This document shows positions 26,857 through 36,023 of a DNA stretch of 64,000 nt, in pieces. Origin of the DNA: Polyangiales bacterium (GTDB lineage Bacteria > Myxococcota_A > Polyangia > Polyangiales > Polyangiaceae). The notes beneath the pieces are model-generated. The model ran no database searches. It had not been told where the DNA came from and saw only the letters and a program-made list of their open reading frames with translations. Position 1 is the stretch's first letter. Every line of letters starts with the position of its first letter. The translations under genes were made by a program, and so were the position numbers. The DNA lies in contig JBBRNJ010000044.1 of the NCBI GenBank assembly GCA_038230375.1, positions 1 to 64,000 on the forward strand, read 5' to 3'.

Positions 26857-27287
26857 GCGCGCTGCTGCTCGATACACATGTGTGGATCTGGCTCGCGGCC
26901 GGTGATCGACGCCTGGCGAAGCATCAGAAGCTTCTGAACCGCGCTGCAGAGGCGGGCGGGCTGCTTCTCTCCGCGATCTCGATCTACGAGACCGCGCTCA
27001 TCGGAAACGAAACAGAGAACGGTCTTCGGCGCGGCAAGCAGGCCGTGAAGATGCGACCCAGCGTGACCCAGTGGATCAGGGACGCGATCACGGGAACGCG
27101 TGTAGTGGTCGTTCCGGTCGACGCGGAGATCGCCATGAATGGCGCGTCGCACCAGGCCATGCACGGCGATCCCTTCGATCGATTGATAGTCGCGGCAAGC
27201 ATGGCAACGAGCGCACGGCTCGTGACCGCGGACGCCAAGATCATTGCCTTCGCAAAGAGCGCGGGCGCGGAGCTCCTGGAGGTGTGA
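26853..27287 (+). CDS. vapC: VapC-family PIN-domain toxin
   Basis: LLDTHVWIW, SIYE, HGDPFDRLI, LVTAD. Confidence 0.9.
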   Translation: MSALLLDTHVWIWLAAGDRRLAKHQKLLNRAAEAGGLLLSAISIYETALIGNETENGLRRGKQAVKMRPSVTQWIRDAITGTRVVVVPVDAEIAMNGASHQAMHGDPFDRLIVAASMATSARLVTADAKIIAFAKSAGAELLEV

Positions 27288-27298
27288 CCGAGGCTTCT

Positions 27299-29470
27299 CT
27301 ACGGTGGTCCGGAGACCTGGTCCCAGCGGAGCCCGAGGATGATCTGCCGGAAGCCGCCCGCGTGGATGCCCTCTGGCATGCGCTCCGCCACGTAGATGTC
27401 GTTCGTGAAGCTCTTTGCGGACAGCTTCAGCGTGAGGCCGCTGCGCGTGTGCTTGTACCGCGCCGACAGATCGAACACGTGGCGCGCGCCGATCACGCCG
27501 GTGCGTCCCGTCACGTCCTCGGCGCGTGTGTCGTTCGGGTCCGTGAACTCTTCGCTCTGATAGAACCATCCGAGCTCACCGCCGATGTTGCCCGGTCCGA
27601 GCGCGTGCCCGGCCGCCAGCGTGGTGACCAGCACGGCGGATGGTGAGTACGGCAGGATGTTCCCCTTGTACGTTCCCTGCGCGAACACGGCGCGCGCGAA
27701 GGTGAAGCGCTCGCCGAGCTCCAGCGCCGTTCCGCCGAGGCTCAGCAGATTGCCGAGGTCCAGGCGCGCCTCGCCTTCGACGCCGTAGTGTCTGGTCGCG
27801 CCCGCGTTGAAGAGCGCGAGCGACGACGCGCCACCAACCGCGCCGGTCTGGACGTTCTGGGCGCTGAAGTCGAGCAGGAAGCCCGAGAGCTCCGCGTGGA
27901 ACTTCTTTCGCTTGGTGAACCGCGCCCCGATCTCGTAGTTGATGCTCTTCTCGGAGTCCAGCTGACCCACGGCGCCGCCCTTGGGGTTGATCGGCGTGGT
28001 GATGCGCGGAGGCGCATAGCCCACGAACATGCCCCCGAATGCGTGGAGCTCCGGCGTTCCAGCCGTCATGCCCACGCCTGGGATCAGTCCGCCCGCGGTG
28101 CCGTTGCTCGGGACGTTCACGTTGGTCGTCCCCGTGGCGCCTGGCTGCCGCAAGAGGGTGCTCTGAAGGTCCGCGTACTCGTAGCGGATGCCCGGCGTGA
28201 CCAGGAGCCAGTCGCGAAACTTCAGTCGGTCCTGCGCATACGCGGCGAACGCGTAGGTGTGATGCTCGAACTCGTAGTCGAGGGTGCCCGTCTGCGCCGA
28301 AGGCGTGTCTCCCGAGAGCTGCCGGTAGTGCGCGGTCTCCGTGAGCACGCGCGTGCCCACGTCGAGCGTGTGACCGACGTCGCCGGTCTCGCCGCGTGTC
28401 TGCAGCTTGGGCTCGATCGCCGCCACGTCGTAGTTGCGATCGAGGATCGTGTTGGTGGACCGGAAATAGATCCCGCCGTTCGGGAACGCGGTGTCGCCAG
28501 CCACGTGGTCGTAGCTCACGCCTGGGACGTTCGCGCGGTCGTAGTCCTCGCGGTTCCAGATTCGCTTCGTCTCGTACGCGTAGAGAAGCGTCTTGAGGAC
28601 GGTCCTGCTGCCGATCCGCTGCTCGTGCGTGAGCGACGCGTCGTAGCGTTGCTGGTCGATGTGGTCGGCGGGGGCCAGCGTGCCTTGCTCGCGGTTTGCC
28701 TTGAACATCTCGCGCGTGAGGCCGACGTCGTCGGAGCGCGTCGCGTCATCGTGGAAGGCCAGCTTGACCGTTGCCTCGCCGTTCGCGCCGGTCTCGAAGG
28801 CCACCTTGCCCATCACGTCCGTGGTGTTGAAGCTCTCGTCGCGAAAGCCGTCGCCCTTGGTGTGGAACGCCTGCACGATGTAGCGCGCGGAGCCGACGCT
28901 GTCCCCATGCAGCGCGAGAACCTTCAGGAAGCCACGCTGACCTCCGTCGAGCTCGACGGCGCTCATCTCCGAAGAAGGAGGCGCGAGCGTGAGGAAGTTC
29001 ACCACGCCACCGATGGTCTGTGGGCCGAACAGCACGCTGCCTGAGCCCTTCACCACCTCGATGCCGCGCATCCGCTCGATCTGCGGCATCGTGTACATGT
29101 CCGCCTCCGAGTACGGATTGATCGCCATCGGGATCCCGTCCTCGAGGATGAGGACATTGCGTGCGCGCCCCGGGTCCAGACCGTGCACGCCAAGGTCCAG
29201 GCGCAGACCGCCGCCCTGTTGCTCGGACACGTTGAACCCGGGTACGCGTCGGAGCATCTCGGCGGCGTTCTGCGGCTGCGCGCGCTCGATCTCCTTGTGC
29301 GTGATGAGCGTGCCTGAGCCCGGGATCTTCTGGAGCGAGTCGGCCTTGTCTCCGATGACGCGGACCTCTGGCGTCTCTTCCTTCTTGGGCGCAGGCGCAG
29401 GATCCTGCGCGAGCGCGCGCGTCGCCACGAGCAGCACGCTCGCTGGGAGCAAGACGGCGATACGCTTCAT
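27299..29470 (-). CDS. TonB-dependent receptor (FecA-like)
   Basis: Signal peptide; plug motifs LEDGIP, IEVVKGSGSVLFG..GGVVN; barrel motifs TPGIRY, SINYEIG. Confidence 0.9.
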   Translation of the reverse strand: MKRIAVLLPASVLLVATRALAQDPAPAPKKEETPEVRVIGDKADSLQKIPGSGTLITHKEIERAQPQNAAEMLRRVPGFNVSEQQGGGLRLDLGVHGLDPGRARNVLILEDGIPMAINPYSEADMYTMPQIERMRGIEVVKGSGSVLFGPQTIGGVVNFLTLAPPSSEMSAVELDGGQRGFLKVLALHGDSVGSARYIVQAFHTKGDGFRDESFNTTDVMGKVAFETGANGEATVKLAFHDDATRSDDVGLTREMFKANREQGTLAPADHIDQQRYDASLTHEQRIGSRTVLKTLLYAYETKRIWNREDYDRANVPGVSYDHVAGDTAFPNGGIYFRSTNTILDRNYDVAAIEPKLQTRGETGDVGHTLDVGTRVLTETAHYRQLSGDTPSAQTGTLDYEFEHHTYAFAAYAQDRLKFRDWLLVTPGIRYEYADLQSTLLRQPGATGTTNVNVPSNGTAGGLIPGVGMTAGTPELHAFGGMFVGYAPPRITTPINPKGGAVGQLDSEKSINYEIGARFTKRKKFHAELSGFLLDFSAQNVQTGAVGGASSLALFNAGATRHYGVEGEARLDLGNLLSLGGTALELGERFTFARAVFAQGTYKGNILPYSPSAVLVTTLAAGHALGPGNIGGELGWFYQSEEFTDPNDTRAEDVTGRTGVIGARHVFDLSARYKHTRSGLTLKLSAKSFTNDIYVAERMPEGIHAGGFRQIILGLRWDQVSGPP

Positions 29471-29946
29471 GGTGTGTTGCACACCATGGACATGGGACTG
29501 CATTTGGTGGACGGCGGCGGACAGTCGGAGGTCTGCGTGCAGTGCTTCGTGCAACGCACGCCCTTCGCGCCATAGTCGTGGCAGACACCGTCGGCGCACT
29601 GGCTCGCGTCGGTGCATGGGCACGAGAGCGGCAGGTTTGTCATCCCTACACACAACCCTGCATCCGTCGTCGAGGCATCGGGGCTCGCGTCCGCGCTCGC
29701 GGCATCGCTCACCGCGGCGTCGGAATTAGACGCGCCACCGTCCGCCGTGCAATCACACGGGCCATACGCGCCGCCGAGCGAGTCGCATGTCTGCACACCC
29801 ACGTGACCGTCGGCACAACTGCACGGCAACGGATCGCCCGGCGAGCACGCGCGCCCGTCGGGCGTACACGCGCCAGACGCGGAGACCACGATGGTGATCA
29901 GGATCGCCATCGACGCGACCCCTTTCACGCTCGCCTGCATTCTCAA
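29467..29946 (-). CDS. Cys-rich lipoprotein, translationally coupled to the TBDR
   Basis: SGAC lipobox; two Cys-rich modules joined by a DA linker; ATGA overlap. Confidence 0.7.
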   Translation of the reverse strand: MRMQASVKGVASMAILITIVVSASGACTPDGRACSPGDPLPCSCADGHVGVQTCDSLGGAYGPCDCTADGGASNSDAAVSDAASADASPDASTTDAGLCVGMTNLPLSCPCTDASQCADGVCHDYGAKGVRCTKHCTQTSDCPPPSTKCSPMSMVCNTP

Positions 29947-30016
29947 GGTCGGGGCTCCGTCGCGTGAGATTGAAACGATCGCTGCACGCAGAACAGGCTA
30001 CATGGTTTGGGTGGGA

Positions 30017-30460
30017 CTACGGAATTTGGCAATACAGCTTCGGCGTGCACTTGCCGCTGAAGACCGCGCCCGCGTCCGTGCACTCGGGTGCTGGATTCTG
30101 ACCGCCCATGGCGCACGGCTTCGTGCAGAAGTCACCCATGCCCAGCGTCATGGAGTTGGGGAACGTCTCACAGAGTCCGCCCGTCGCGCAGCTTCCCTGC
30201 GTGCCTGATCCGTTGCACGGATCGCCGGGGCCTCCATTCGCGGGGACACTGGCTGCGTCGCCGCCGCCGCCAGAATCGGTGCCCATGTTGCCGCCACCAG
30301 AGTCGGTCGAGGCGTCGGTATCGCCACCTAGACCGCCAGCGTCGACCTTAGAGGGGTTTGTCGTGGTCGTGGAGCTGGAGCTACATGCGACGAGCGCGCC
30401 GAAAGAGAGGCAGAGGACACCGCCAACGAGCATGAACGAACGAAGCATTTCTTGTTTCAT
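30017..30460 (-). CDS. Cys-rich lipoprotein
   Basis: GGAGGA RBS; LVAC lipobox; DAG/DSG linker; 8-Cys C-terminal module. Confidence 0.75.
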   Translation of the reverse strand: MKQEMLRSFMLVGGVLCLSFGALVACSSSSTTTTNPSKVDAGGLGGDTDASTDSGGGNMGTDSGGGGDAASVPANGGPGDPCNGSGTQGSCATGGLCETFPNSMTLGMGDFCTKPCAMGGQNPAPECTDAGAVFSGKCTPKLYCQIP

Positions 30461-30538
30461 GGTCCTCCAATGGTCGTTGATCTTGGCTCGGAGCGGAAGT
30501 TTTGGGGACCGGGACGAAAGAATGTAACATTTTGTTTG

Positions 30539-31786
30539 ATGCATGTTGCATGTCGGACCCTCTTCACCGCCGCGGTGCTCACGCTCGTCGGCCTCGCTTC
30601 GGCATGCAGCGGCAAGAAGCACCCCGCTGTCACGGGTGACTTCGCATCCGAAGACGCGGGCCCCGACGTCCAGTGCGGCCTGCTCGGATGCAACGCGCCG
30701 CCGCCCGAGCCGCCGACCATGCCGATCCACATCGGCAACCCGTGCGACGCCGATCCCGTGGTGGTCGTGGACGCGGGCGCTCCAGACGCGGGCAACGCCG
30801 ACGCCGGCGATCCGGATGCGGGCGATCCGGATGGGGGCGAAGCGGGCGCGCCTGAAGCTGGCACCGTTGGCGTGGACGCCGGTCCGCCGCCCTTGGTCGA
30901 CGCGGACCCCGTGAAGTTCGCGAAGTCGATCGGCCTCTGCACGCGCGCAGACAAGGATGGGTACGGACTGGTGAGCGCGTCGTTCCAGAAGGGGTTCGGC
31001 GTGCCCATGGCGCCACCGAATGGACAGTCGGGCACGCTGAAGAAGTTCGGCGCCGTCATCAAGCCGCGCGAGGGCGAGAAGCTAGGCGTGCTCTCCACCG
31101 GCTACGCGCGCGAGTACGACACGCCCGACGGCGCGCCGGGCACCGACTTCGTGCAGTCTGCAAACATCGCAATGTCGCCGACTGGAACGGCCCCACCCGG
31201 CTTCCCGAAGGCCGCGGACAACTGCCCCCAGAGCAACGCCGTGAACGACATGATCAACGTCCATCTGGTGCTCAAGGCCCCGTCCGACGCAGCCGGCTTC
31301 CAGTTCGACTTCAATTTCTACACGAGTGAATGGCCGGAGTACGTGTGCTCGCCCTTCAACGACGCATTCGTCGCGTACATCACGTCAAAGGGCAAGACGG
31401 ACAACATCTCGTTCGACTCCAGGGGCAACCCCGTCAGCGTCAACAACGGCTTCTTCGATCGGTGCACGGCGGGCGTGATCACGGGTTGCTCGGGCGGCAA
31501 CATGACGACATCCGACCCGTCGGCGTGCGCGGCCGGGACGTCGGAGCTCTCGGGCACCGGCTACTCCGGCCTGATCCAGACACGATGCATGCCGGCACAG
31601 TCCGCCACGGATGGCGGCGCCACCGGATGGCTGACAACGCACACGGCCGTCGCGCCCGGCGAGACGTTCACCCTGGACCTCATGATCTGGAATGCGGGGG
31701 ATACCGCGCTGGACTCCAGTGTCCTCATCGACAACTGGAAGTGGTTGGGTGGGACCGTGACCACAGGGACCACGCGCGTGAAGTGA
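30539..31786 (+). CDS. Choice-of-anchor-L-like lipoprotein, paralogue 1
   Basis: LSTG, FDFNFYTSEWPEYVCSPFNDAF, GGATGWL, GDTALDSSVLIDN. Confidence 0.75.
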   Translation: MHVACRTLFTAAVLTLVGLASACSGKKHPAVTGDFASEDAGPDVQCGLLGCNAPPPEPPTMPIHIGNPCDADPVVVVDAGAPDAGNADAGDPDAGDPDGGEAGAPEAGTVGVDAGPPPLVDADPVKFAKSIGLCTRADKDGYGLVSASFQKGFGVPMAPPNGQSGTLKKFGAVIKPREGEKLGVLSTGYAREYDTPDGAPGTDFVQSANIAMSPTGTAPPGFPKAADNCPQSNAVNDMINVHLVLKAPSDAAGFQFDFNFYTSEWPEYVCSPFNDAFVAYITSKGKTDNISFDSRGNPVSVNNGFFDRCTAGVITGCSGGNMTTSDPSACAAGTSELSGTGYSGLIQTRCMPAQSATDGGATGWLTTHTAVAPGETFTLDLMIWNAGDTALDSSVLIDNWKWLGGTVTTGTTRVK

Positions 31787-31790
31787 TCAG

Positions 31791-34100
31791 TCAGTCCGTG
31801 CCGGCGTCCACTGGCGCGCCGGGGCACGTTGTTGTGGAAGTGATCCACGCGTCGATCACGGCGATGCCCTGCGTGTGCGCGACGCGTGAGCCCAGCGGTG
31901 GCATGCGATTCCCATCCACCGCCTTCATGCGCAGCGAGATGAGCGACTTGGTCGGGTCTGCAGGCACGAACAGCTTCGCGCCGGCGACCCCAAGGTCACC
32001 CTCGGTCGGGTCCGCGTTGCAGATGTTCGCGTCGTAGTCCGACGTGGTGAACAGGAAGTTCTGCGGCCCCTGCCCGCCACCCATGGGCCGGTGGCACTGC
32101 GAGCAGTTCGAGTGCAGGTAGCTGCGCGCGCGGTCGCGGGCGGACCCGTTGCCGAACGGATCGGACAGCTTGTCCGTGAGCTTCGTGGGGTCGCCGATGC
32201 TCTTGTCCAGCACGCCAATGTGGTCGAGCGTCGCGAGCTCGTTCGAGAGGCGATTGGTTGCAGCATACACGTAATCGCGATTCAGCTGTCGCAGCTCGGG
32301 TCCGAGCGTGCGGCCCGCGGCCGGCGTGTGGCACGAGAGGCACTCGATACGGCTGGGGTACGTCCACGTCTGCGTAGCCACGGCCTTGGATTTGCTGGCC
32401 GGGAGCAACGTCGCGTCGCTCTCGTCGTCGGCCCACTCGTAGCTGTAGCCGTTCCAGTCGCCGGCCTTGTCGCGCATGAGCAGGCGCGTCTCTATCCGCT
32501 TCCCGCCCAGGCTGAACTGCTTCATGAGCACGGAGCCGATCGGGAAGTCGAAGTCGCCGTCGGGCTTCACGGTGATCTTCGTTCCATCGGGGATGGCGAA
32601 CCAGCGGCCCTTGTCCGCGCCGTCGGACCAGAGCGGCGCGATCACGTCGTACGGGATGAGGCCGGGCGCCGGGTTCTTCGGGTTCGCCTTGTCCACGCAG
32701 CCCGTGAGCGACAGCTTCTTCGGGAACGTGTCGGGCGGCGCGACACCCGCGCGCGTGACCTTGTAGATGCGACCGTTGCCGTAGCCCACGACATACAGCT
32801 CGCCGTCGTTGCCCTGACCGAACGACGACACGCTGGTCGGCGCTGTCACGAGCGGGTTCATGGAGGCGACGTTGTTCGCGTCGTAGATGATGGACCAGAG
32901 GTGGCCGCTCGCGTAGTCGGCGAAGATGTACGTGCCGACGAGCTCCGGGATCGCCGTGCCGCGATAGACGTAGCCACCGGTGATCGACTTGTCGCCGTTC
33001 TGGTGCGGGTACGTGACAATGGGGTCCGCGTACTTCGGACATGGGTCCGCCTTGCTGGGCGTGCACACGAAGCCTTCGCGCGGGCTCCAGCCGTAGTTGC
33101 CACCCAGCTTGACCTTGTCGATCTCCTCCCACGTGTCCTGCCCCACGTCGCCGACCCACAGATCGCCGGACGCCTTGTCAAAGCTCCAGCGCCACGGGTT
33201 GCGCAGGCCGTAGGCGTAGATCTCCGGCTTGCCGCCGCCCTTCGCGAAGGGGTTGTCCGACGGGATCGTATACGCGCCGGTGGGGCCCGCGCCGATGCGG
33301 AGCATCTTGGCGAGCAGCGTGTTCGTGTTCTGTCCGTTGCCCTGCGGATCGTAGCCGCTGCCGCCGTCACCAAAGCCGATGTACAGGAAGCCGTCCGGCC
33401 CGAACTGCATGTTGCCGCCGTTGTGGTTGTCGAACGGCTGCGCCACGTTCAGGAAATTCTTCTCCTCCGTCGCCAGGTCGAGCGTGGCGTTCGCGTCGGA
33501 GCTCTTGATGCGGCTGATGATCGACGTGGAGACGCTGGTGCCGTTGCCGATCGTGTACGAGAGGAACGCCGTGTGGTTCAGCGCCCAGTCGGGGTGGAAC
33601 GCCATGTTGAGGAGGCCGCCCTCTCCCGCGCTGCCGATCGTGACGGTCCCCGCCGGGAGCTGCACGAACTGCGTCGTGGTGGCAACGTTCGGATCGTTCG
33701 CGAACGTGAGGATCGTGGCAACGGCGTTCTTGCCGCCCTGTTGCACCACGAAGAAGCGCGTGTTGTCGCCCGGCGCTTGCAAGATGAGCACGGGCTTGTC
33801 GAACGCGGGCAACATGGGGAAGGCGTCCGTAAGCGCGATCGCGCCTGCTTGCGGAGGCGGCTCCTGCGCGAGGCATGTGGTGTTGGTGGGCCGCGCGTCA
33901 ATGCCGTAGGGCGAGGGCTTCGGTCCAGCGTCGCCACCGCCGCCACCGTCGGACGCACTGCCGTCGGTGAGGCCGCCGCCTTCGGTGCCGCCGTCGTTGC
34001 CGTTGGCGGAGTTGCTGGAGTCGTCTCCGCCGCAGGCGATCACGAGGGCGAGCGCGCAGGGGACGGCGAGACGCATGCGGAGGGCTTTACGCGAAGGCAT
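31791..34100 (-). CDS. PQQ-dependent glucose/sorbosone dehydrogenase fused to a C-terminal di-heme c domain, lipoprotein
   Basis: EGGLL..AFHP, NHNGG..FGPDG.LY, AYGLRNPWR, GNYGW; then PLWSDGA, CLSCH, YLHSNCSQCH, RMPPLG. Confidence 0.88.
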   Translation of the reverse strand: MPSRKALRMRLAVPCALALVIACGGDDSSNSANGNDGGTEGGGLTDGSASDGGGGGDAGPKPSPYGIDARPTNTTCLAQEPPPQAGAIALTDAFPMLPAFDKPVLILQAPGDNTRFFVVQQGGKNAVATILTFANDPNVATTTQFVQLPAGTVTIGSAGEGGLLNMAFHPDWALNHTAFLSYTIGNGTSVSTSIISRIKSSDANATLDLATEEKNFLNVAQPFDNHNGGNMQFGPDGFLYIGFGDGGSGYDPQGNGQNTNTLLAKMLRIGAGPTGAYTIPSDNPFAKGGGKPEIYAYGLRNPWRWSFDKASGDLWVGDVGQDTWEEIDKVKLGGNYGWSPREGFVCTPSKADPCPKYADPIVTYPHQNGDKSITGGYVYRGTAIPELVGTYIFADYASGHLWSIIYDANNVASMNPLVTAPTSVSSFGQGNDGELYVVGYGNGRIYKVTRAGVAPPDTFPKKLSLTGCVDKANPKNPAPGLIPYDVIAPLWSDGADKGRWFAIPDGTKITVKPDGDFDFPIGSVLMKQFSLGGKRIETRLLMRDKAGDWNGYSYEWADDESDATLLPASKSKAVATQTWTYPSRIECLSCHTPAAGRTLGPELRQLNRDYVYAATNRLSNELATLDHIGVLDKSIGDPTKLTDKLSDPFGNGSARDRARSYLHSNCSQCHRPMGGGQGPQNFLFTTSDYDANICNADPTEGDLGVAGAKLFVPADPTKSLISLRMKAVDGNRMPPLGSRVAHTQGIAVIDAWITSTTTCPGAPVDAGTD

Positions 34101-34163
34101 CCGTCCATCGTACCGTTGCAGTCCACGATTGTCGTCTTCCCCTGGAGACGCTAATCCAGAGAC

Positions 34164-35123
34164 ATGTCGGACACGCCCCTTCGCACGTTCTATCCGGAGA
34201 TCGAGCCCTTCCGCACTGGACGCCTCAAGGTGTCGGAGGTCCACGAGATCTACTGGGAGGAGTCTGGCAATCCGGAGGGCAAGCCCGTGGTGTTCCTGCA
34301 CGGCGGCCCTGGCGGCGGCACCGAGCCGAAGCACCGTCGCTTCTTCGATCCCAAGGCGTACCGCATCGTGCTGCTCGATCAGCGCGGCTGCGGCAAGAGC
34401 ACGCCGTACGCGTCGCTCGAGGCGAACACCACGTGGGATCTCGTCGCCGACATCGAGAAGGTGCGCGCGGAGCTCAAGATCGAGAAATGGCAGGTCTTCG
34501 GCGGATCCTGGGGCTCCACGCTGGCGCTCGCGTATGCGGAGACGCACCCCACGCGCGTGACCGAGCTCGTGCTGCGCGGGATCTTCCTGCTCCGCAAGAG
34601 CGAGATCGACTGGTTCTACCAGCGCGGCGCCGACGCCCTGTTCCCCGACGCATGGGAGGGCTACCTGGCGCCCATCCCGGAGGCGGAGCGCGGCGACATG
34701 TTGCATGCATACTACAAGCGTCTCACCGGCGACGACGTGAAGGTCCGTCAGGAAGCCGCGCGCGCCTGGAGCGTGTGGGAGGGCAGCACGAGCTGCCTCT
34801 ACCCGAACGCGGATCTCATCGCGCGCACCGGCGGGGACGACTTCTCGCTCGCGTTCGCCCGCATCGAGGCGCACTACTTCGTGAACAACGGCTGGCTCGA
34901 CAAGAACCAGGGCCTGCTCGAGAACATCGAGAAGATCCGCAAGATCCCCGGCGTGATCGTCCAGGGTCGCTACGACGTGGTGTGCCCCGCGGAGAGCGCC
35001 TGGGCGCTCCACCGCGCGTGGCCCGAGGCAGACCTACGCATCGTGCGCGACGCCGGACACTCCGCGATGGAGCCCGGCATCGTGAACGAGCTAGTCACGG
35101 CGACCGACAAGTTCCGCGGCTAG
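34164..35123 (+). CDS. pip: Proline iminopeptidase
   Basis: HGGPG, DQRGCGKS, GGSWG, GRYD, AGHS. Confidence 0.95.
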   Translation: MSDTPLRTFYPEIEPFRTGRLKVSEVHEIYWEESGNPEGKPVVFLHGGPGGGTEPKHRRFFDPKAYRIVLLDQRGCGKSTPYASLEANTTWDLVADIEKVRAELKIEKWQVFGGSWGSTLALAYAETHPTRVTELVLRGIFLLRKSEIDWFYQRGADALFPDAWEGYLAPIPEAERGDMLHAYYKRLTGDDVKVRQEAARAWSVWEGSTSCLYPNADLIARTGGDDFSLAFARIEAHYFVNNGWLDKNQGLLENIEKIRKIPGVIVQGRYDVVCPAESAWALHRAWPEADLRIVRDAGHSAMEPGIVNELVTATDKFRG

Positions 35124-35151
35124 GGCGGTCGGTCGCGGTGTTGGGCGCCGC

Positions 35152-35922
35152 CTATCTGGCGCGAACGACGACGTTGTCGAGGAAGGCTTCGAAGACCGCG
35201 GCTGCGGGAGCGTCAAGGCCGGCCTCCAGTGAGTACCGGAGCGGACCGTTCGGCGTGGCGTTGATCGTGACGGACTTCGCGGAGCGGTCGTCCAGTGTGA
35301 CCTGCGCGAACACGCCACCGCCGGCAGCGGGTGCGAGCTCCGCGGTCAGGTGGAAGAAGCCCGTGGGCGCGGGCCCGAGCGACACGCGACCTACGTCGCC
35401 ATCCTGTTCACTGTGCGCGACCAGGAAGAGTTCACCCGACGACTTCACGTAGTGGACGAAGAAGGCGCCGATCGCTGCGTCCTTGTCCATCACCGGCAGA
35501 CGCAGGAGCGAGCTTGATTCCGCGCCGACCGCGTCGACGCTGTCGGCGGGCACCACCATGACGTCCGCGTCGACCTGGATCTTGGCGACCGCGAACGGGA
35601 CCTTGGAGAGCAGGAGCGCGGCCGCGGCTTCGTTGCCGGACACCGTACGCATGTGGAGCGAGTAGGGCGCGCTGACGGAGCGCACCTGCGAGGGCGTGAC
35701 CGTACCGCCGCCGAATCCCACCGCCGACAGCGTGGAGACGGAGCCGTCGTCGAAGTCCGCGCACAGGAGGACGTCGGGACCTGCGCCCTTGCACGGGGAC
35801 GTCGCGGCCTGGGTTGCCTGGGTTGCCTGCGCGCTGGGAGCAGGCGCGGGAGAGTCGCCCTCCGCGCATCCAAGGAGGAGAGTCACCGCCGCCACCGTGA
35901 CGACCCATTTCGAAGCTCGCAT
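35152..35922 (-). CDS. Hypothetical lipoprotein (beta-sandwich, C..DFD ... DNV)
   Basis: LLGC lipobox, LLCADFDDG, FLDNVVV. Confidence 0.65.
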   Translation of the reverse strand: MRASKWVVTVAAVTLLLGCAEGDSPAPAPSAQATQATQAATSPCKGAGPDVLLCADFDDGSVSTLSAVGFGGGTVTPSQVRSVSAPYSLHMRTVSGNEAAAALLLSKVPFAVAKIQVDADVMVVPADSVDAVGAESSSLLRLPVMDKDAAIGAFFVHYVKSSGELFLVAHSEQDGDVGRVSLGPAPTGFFHLTAELAPAAGGGVFAQVTLDDRSAKSVTINATPNGPLRYSLEAGLDAPAAAVFEAFLDNVVVRAR

Positions 35923-36023
35923 GCGACCCCCTTCGGAGATTCGAGCGTACGCGTCGCTGGAGCGTCACTCAAGCTTTACCCCGGGAACCACGCGGGGTAG
36001 TACCGGGTGGGACGGTTCCTGCC

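Noticed and set aside
29938..29990. Fur box upstream of the FecA-like locus
   Set aside because: Only half-site-like ATTCTCAA and ATTGAAA; no convincing 7-1-7 palindrome
34101..35012. 1073-aa version of the dehydrogenase ORF
   Set aside because: The extension is antisense to pip; lipobox and -10 box place the start at 34100
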